Source of the DNA: a virus
Taxonomy: Duplodnaviria; Caudoviricetes
IMG/VR virus record: IMGVR_UViG_3300039180_001510
Location: 1 to 38,162 of that record
Direction: 5' to 3' (one strand)
DNA length: 38,162 nucleotides
Within the stretch, counting starts at the first letter, position 1; each line of letters begins with the position of its first letter. Below, piece after piece: positions 35,511-38,162 of the stretch. The position numbers and the translations under genes are program-made. The notes under the pieces were generated by a model, which did not search any database, had not been told where the DNA came from, and was given only the letters and a program-made list of their open reading frames with translations.

Positions 35511-36551
35511 ATGAAGCAAAAAGAATTATTTGCGTTGCTGGATGAAGTCCAGGAGCAAGGGAAGGAAACTGTAGTTAGAAAACACGATAAAGTGTTATTA
35601 ATAGATGGTTTAAATCTATTCTTTAGAAACTTTGCAGTGATGAACCAAGTTAATACTGATGGAGTCCATGTTGGAGGGTTGGGTGGATTCTTTCGTTCTT
35701 TAGGTGCCATGATTCGACAAACCAACCCTACCTCTGTTTATGTAGTATTTGACGGTGCAGGTTCTACTGTTAGTAGAAAGAACCTGCTCGCCGAATATAA
35801 AGGGGGTAGAAATATTAAAAGAATTACCAATTGGGACGCTTTTGATAATATGGAAGAGGAACATGATTCTAAAATTGATCAAATTGTACGTATAATTCAA
35901 TACTTAAAAACATTACCTGTTAAAACTACTATTATAGATAAAGTAGAAGCAGATGATGTAATAGCGGTATTAGCTGAAAAATTTGTAGAAAAATATAATT
36001 CAACCTGTTTTATAGTATCATCCGATAAGGATTTTGTTCAATTAGTAACAGATAATATTATTTTATATCGTCCAATGGAAAAGGAGTTTTATACTCCAAA
36101 AGTAGTAAGAGAAAAGTTTGGTGTTTCACCAAATAACTTTATTCTAATTAAAACCCTACTAGGTGATAGTTCAGATAACATCCCAGGTATAAAAGGTTTA
36201 GGTGAGAAAGGAATATTTAAAAAATTCCCAGAACTAAAAACCCAAGAATTAACTTTAGATGACATTTTTGACATCTCTGCTAGGAAATTCAAGGAACATA
36301 TTGTATATTCACGGATAATTCAAGATAAAATAAAGCTAGAAAATAGTTTTAAGGTAATGGATTTGAGTAAACCAATGATAGGAGAGAGAGATATAAATTT
36401 CCTTGAAGGAGTTATTAATGAACCATTTCCTAAACTTGAAGCAGAATTATTTATGCAATTATATAACATAGATAAATTAGGGGGAATGATTAGAAACTTA
36501 GAGACATGGGTAACAGATATCTTCTCTCAATTTGGTAGTTATAAAGATTAA
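35511..36551 (+). CDS. 5'-3' exonuclease / flap endonuclease (T4 RNase H / Pol I N-domain-like)
   Basis: LLIDGLN, VVFDG, YKGGR, EADDVI, SSDKDF and GDSSDNIPGIKGLGEK motifs. Confidence 0.92.
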   Translation: MKQKELFALLDEVQEQGKETVVRKHDKVLLIDGLNLFFRNFAVMNQVNTDGVHVGGLGGFFRSLGAMIRQTNPTSVYVVFDGAGSTVSRKNLLAEYKGGRNIKRITNWDAFDNMEEEHDSKIDQIVRIIQYLKTLPVKTTIIDKVEADDVIAVLAEKFVEKYNSTCFIVSSDKDFVQLVTDNIILYRPMEKEFYTPKVVREKFGVSPNNFILIKTLLGDSSDNIPGIKGLGEKGIFKKFPELKTQELTLDDIFDISARKFKEHIVYSRIIQDKIKLENSFKVMDLSKPMIGERDINFLEGVINEPFPKLEAELFMQLYNIDKLGGMIRNLETWVTDIFSQFGSYKD

Positions 36552-36570
36552 TAAAACAAAAAGGTTATAA

Positions 36571-37968
36571 ATGACATTAAATAGTATAAATCAATACGGA
36601 CACGAATTCCAGATTAAGGTGTTATCTTCATTGTTAACCCATAAGGAATTTTTAGTAAATATCCATGATATAATATCAGAAGAATATTTTGAGAATAGTT
36701 CTCAGAAATGGATTATTAAAGAGATTTTAAACTATTATGACAAATACCACACAACACCCTCTTTAGATGTTATTAAAGTGGAATTGCAGAAATTAGACAA
36801 TGATGTCTTAAAAATTTCTTTAAAAGACCAACTAAAACAAGCATACATATCCTCAGATGAAGACTTAGAATACGTACAAGAAGAATTTACAAATTTTTGT
36901 AAAAACCAACAATTGAAGAAGGCCTTAATGTCGTCTGTGGACTTATTGAAAGCAGGCGATTTTGATGGTATTAGGTCTTTAGTTGATAGTGCTTTAAAAG
37001 CAGGACAAGATAAAAATCTAGGACATGAATATATTAAAGACATTGAAGAACGTTATAAGGAAGAATCTAGAATTACTATACCAACACCTTGGCCTAAAAT
37101 TAATGAATTACTACAAGGTGGACTGGGAAATGGAGATTTTGGTCTTATATTTGGTAGTCCGGGAGGTGGTAAATCTTGGTCGTTAGTTGCAATGGGGGGG
37201 AGAGCCGTTAGGTTAGGTTATAACGTAATACATTACACTTTAGAATTAGGTGAAAATTATGTTGGTAAAAGGTATGATGCATTTTTTACCGAAATAGATG
37301 TTCGTGATTTACACTTACATAAAGACAAAGTTGAAGAAACTATTCCACAATTACCTGGTAAACTAATTATTAAAGAATTCCCAACAGGACGTGCTACTAT
37401 ATCAACAATAGAGTCTCATATTAAAAAAGTAGAAAGTCTAGGTATTAAAGCAGATTTAATAATTATTGACTATGTTGACTTACTTTCATCAGGACGTCAA
37501 AGTAGAGAGCGTAAAGATGAAATTGATGATATTTATACTAGTACCAAAGGATTAGCAAAACAGTTAGACATACCAATATGGTCAGTTTCACAAGTTAATC
37601 GTGCCGGTGCAAATGACGACATTATTGAAGGGGATAAAGCAGCAGGGTCATATGATAAAATTATGATAACTGACTTTTGTATGTCTCTTTCACGTAAGAA
37701 GGAAGATAAAGTAGGGGGTACTGGGAGATTACATATTATGAAAAATAGATATGGAATGGATGGTCATACCTTCTCTTTGACTGCTAATACAGCAACGGGA
37801 CATTTTGAAGTATTCCCATACAATGCAGACTTAAGTGGAGATGAGGAAACTTTTGCTCCTAAATCAAAGTCTAACAGTTATGATAATGTAGATGCACATC
37901 AAAAAAGACAAATAGCAGCAGCATACAGTAATGTAAAGGATGATGTATTCAGTTTCGAAAAAAAATAA
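36571..37968 (+). CDS. dnaB: Replicative DNA helicase (DnaB/T4 gp41-like)
   Basis: Walker A GSPGGGKS, YTLEL, IIIDYVDL, SQVNR and KNRYG motifs. Confidence 0.92.
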   Translation: MTLNSINQYGHEFQIKVLSSLLTHKEFLVNIHDIISEEYFENSSQKWIIKEILNYYDKYHTTPSLDVIKVELQKLDNDVLKISLKDQLKQAYISSDEDLEYVQEEFTNFCKNQQLKKALMSSVDLLKAGDFDGIRSLVDSALKAGQDKNLGHEYIKDIEERYKEESRITIPTPWPKINELLQGGLGNGDFGLIFGSPGGGKSWSLVAMGGRAVRLGYNVIHYTLELGENYVGKRYDAFFTEIDVRDLHLHKDKVEETIPQLPGKLIIKEFPTGRATISTIESHIKKVESLGIKADLIIIDYVDLLSSGRQSRERKDEIDDIYTSTKGLAKQLDIPIWSVSQVNRAGANDDIIEGDKAAGSYDKIMITDFCMSLSRKKEDKVGGTGRLHIMKNRYGMDGHTFSLTANTATGHFEVFPYNADLSGDEETFAPKSKSNSYDNVDAHQKRQIAAAYSNVKDDVFSFEKK

Positions 37969-37996
37969 TAATTTAAACTTTTAACAAATTAAGTAA

Positions 37997-38162
37997 ATGG
38001 CGAAAAGAGACATTACAAAAGAAAGAATTGTTTACAAACCTTTTGAATACCAGGAGGCATCAGATTATTGGTTAAAACAACACCAAGCTCATTGGTTACA
38101 TACAGAAGTACCTATGATGTCAGATGTTACAGATTGGAAACGAAATTTAACAGAATCTGAAA
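37997..38162 (+). CDS. nrdB: Class I ribonucleotide reductase beta subunit, 3'-truncated by window edge
   Basis: Translated by hand: MAKRDITKERIVYKPFEYQEASDYWLKQHQAHWLHTEVPMMSDVTDWKRNLTESE, typical R2 N-terminus. Confidence 0.85.
   Translation, partial: MAKRDITKERIVYKPFEYQEASDYWLKQHQAHWLHTEVPMMSDVTDWKRNLTESE

Noticed and set aside
1980-37043. Other short minus-strand ORFs and the nested + strand ORFs 1084..1266 and 32103..32297
   Set aside because: All overlap confident + strand genes and show shadow-ORF composition.
1-38162. Stop-codon reassignment
   Set aside because: All core genes are intact under the standard code. Called genes end in TAA or TAG and none in TGA, which fits AT-rich Bacteroidota usage; no in-frame stops break conserved genes.
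1-38162. CRISPR array, tRNA, intron, intein, integrase or transposase
   Set aside because: No spaced repeat array or cloverleaf seen in the short intergenic gaps; terminase, helicase, recombinase and capsid genes have ordinary lengths with no insertion motifs.

Overview
A 38-kb, very AT-rich, densely coding segment, entirely on the + strand, from a large lytic myovirus with T4-like morphogenesis genes. Gene order: FAD oxidoreductase (partial), P-loop kinase, acidic head-type protein, overlapping membrane-protein pair (spanin-like), large terminase, portal, several prohead/internal proteins, prohead protease, scaffold, major capsid, PhoH, neck/tail-terminator proteins, sheath, tube, tail-assembly chaperone pair, tape measure, baseplate hub proteins (one with a C-terminal amidase). 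A replication block follows: divergent short family-A polymerase, gp32-like SSB, RecA/UvsX, 5'-3' exonuclease, DnaB/gp41 helicase and the start of RNR beta. Promoter shape, general lack of Shine-Dalgarno sites and a Gln-start signal peptide suggest a Bacteroidota host (inference). Most notable: (1) a PolA-fold enzyme with substituted steric-gate and motif B/C residues, a candidate RNA-synthesising enzyme; (2) a recurring late-promoter motif ATATTTATAA whose core is the reverse complement of the T4 late promoter; (3) a 23-aa near-copy of the predicted mature capsid N-terminus inside another head protein; (4) a probable +1/-2 frameshift in the tail chaperone genes; (5) modular, probably protease-processed head polyproteins; (6) a spanin-like pair with no lipoprotein. 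All calls come from motif recognition and synteny by eye; no searches were run.
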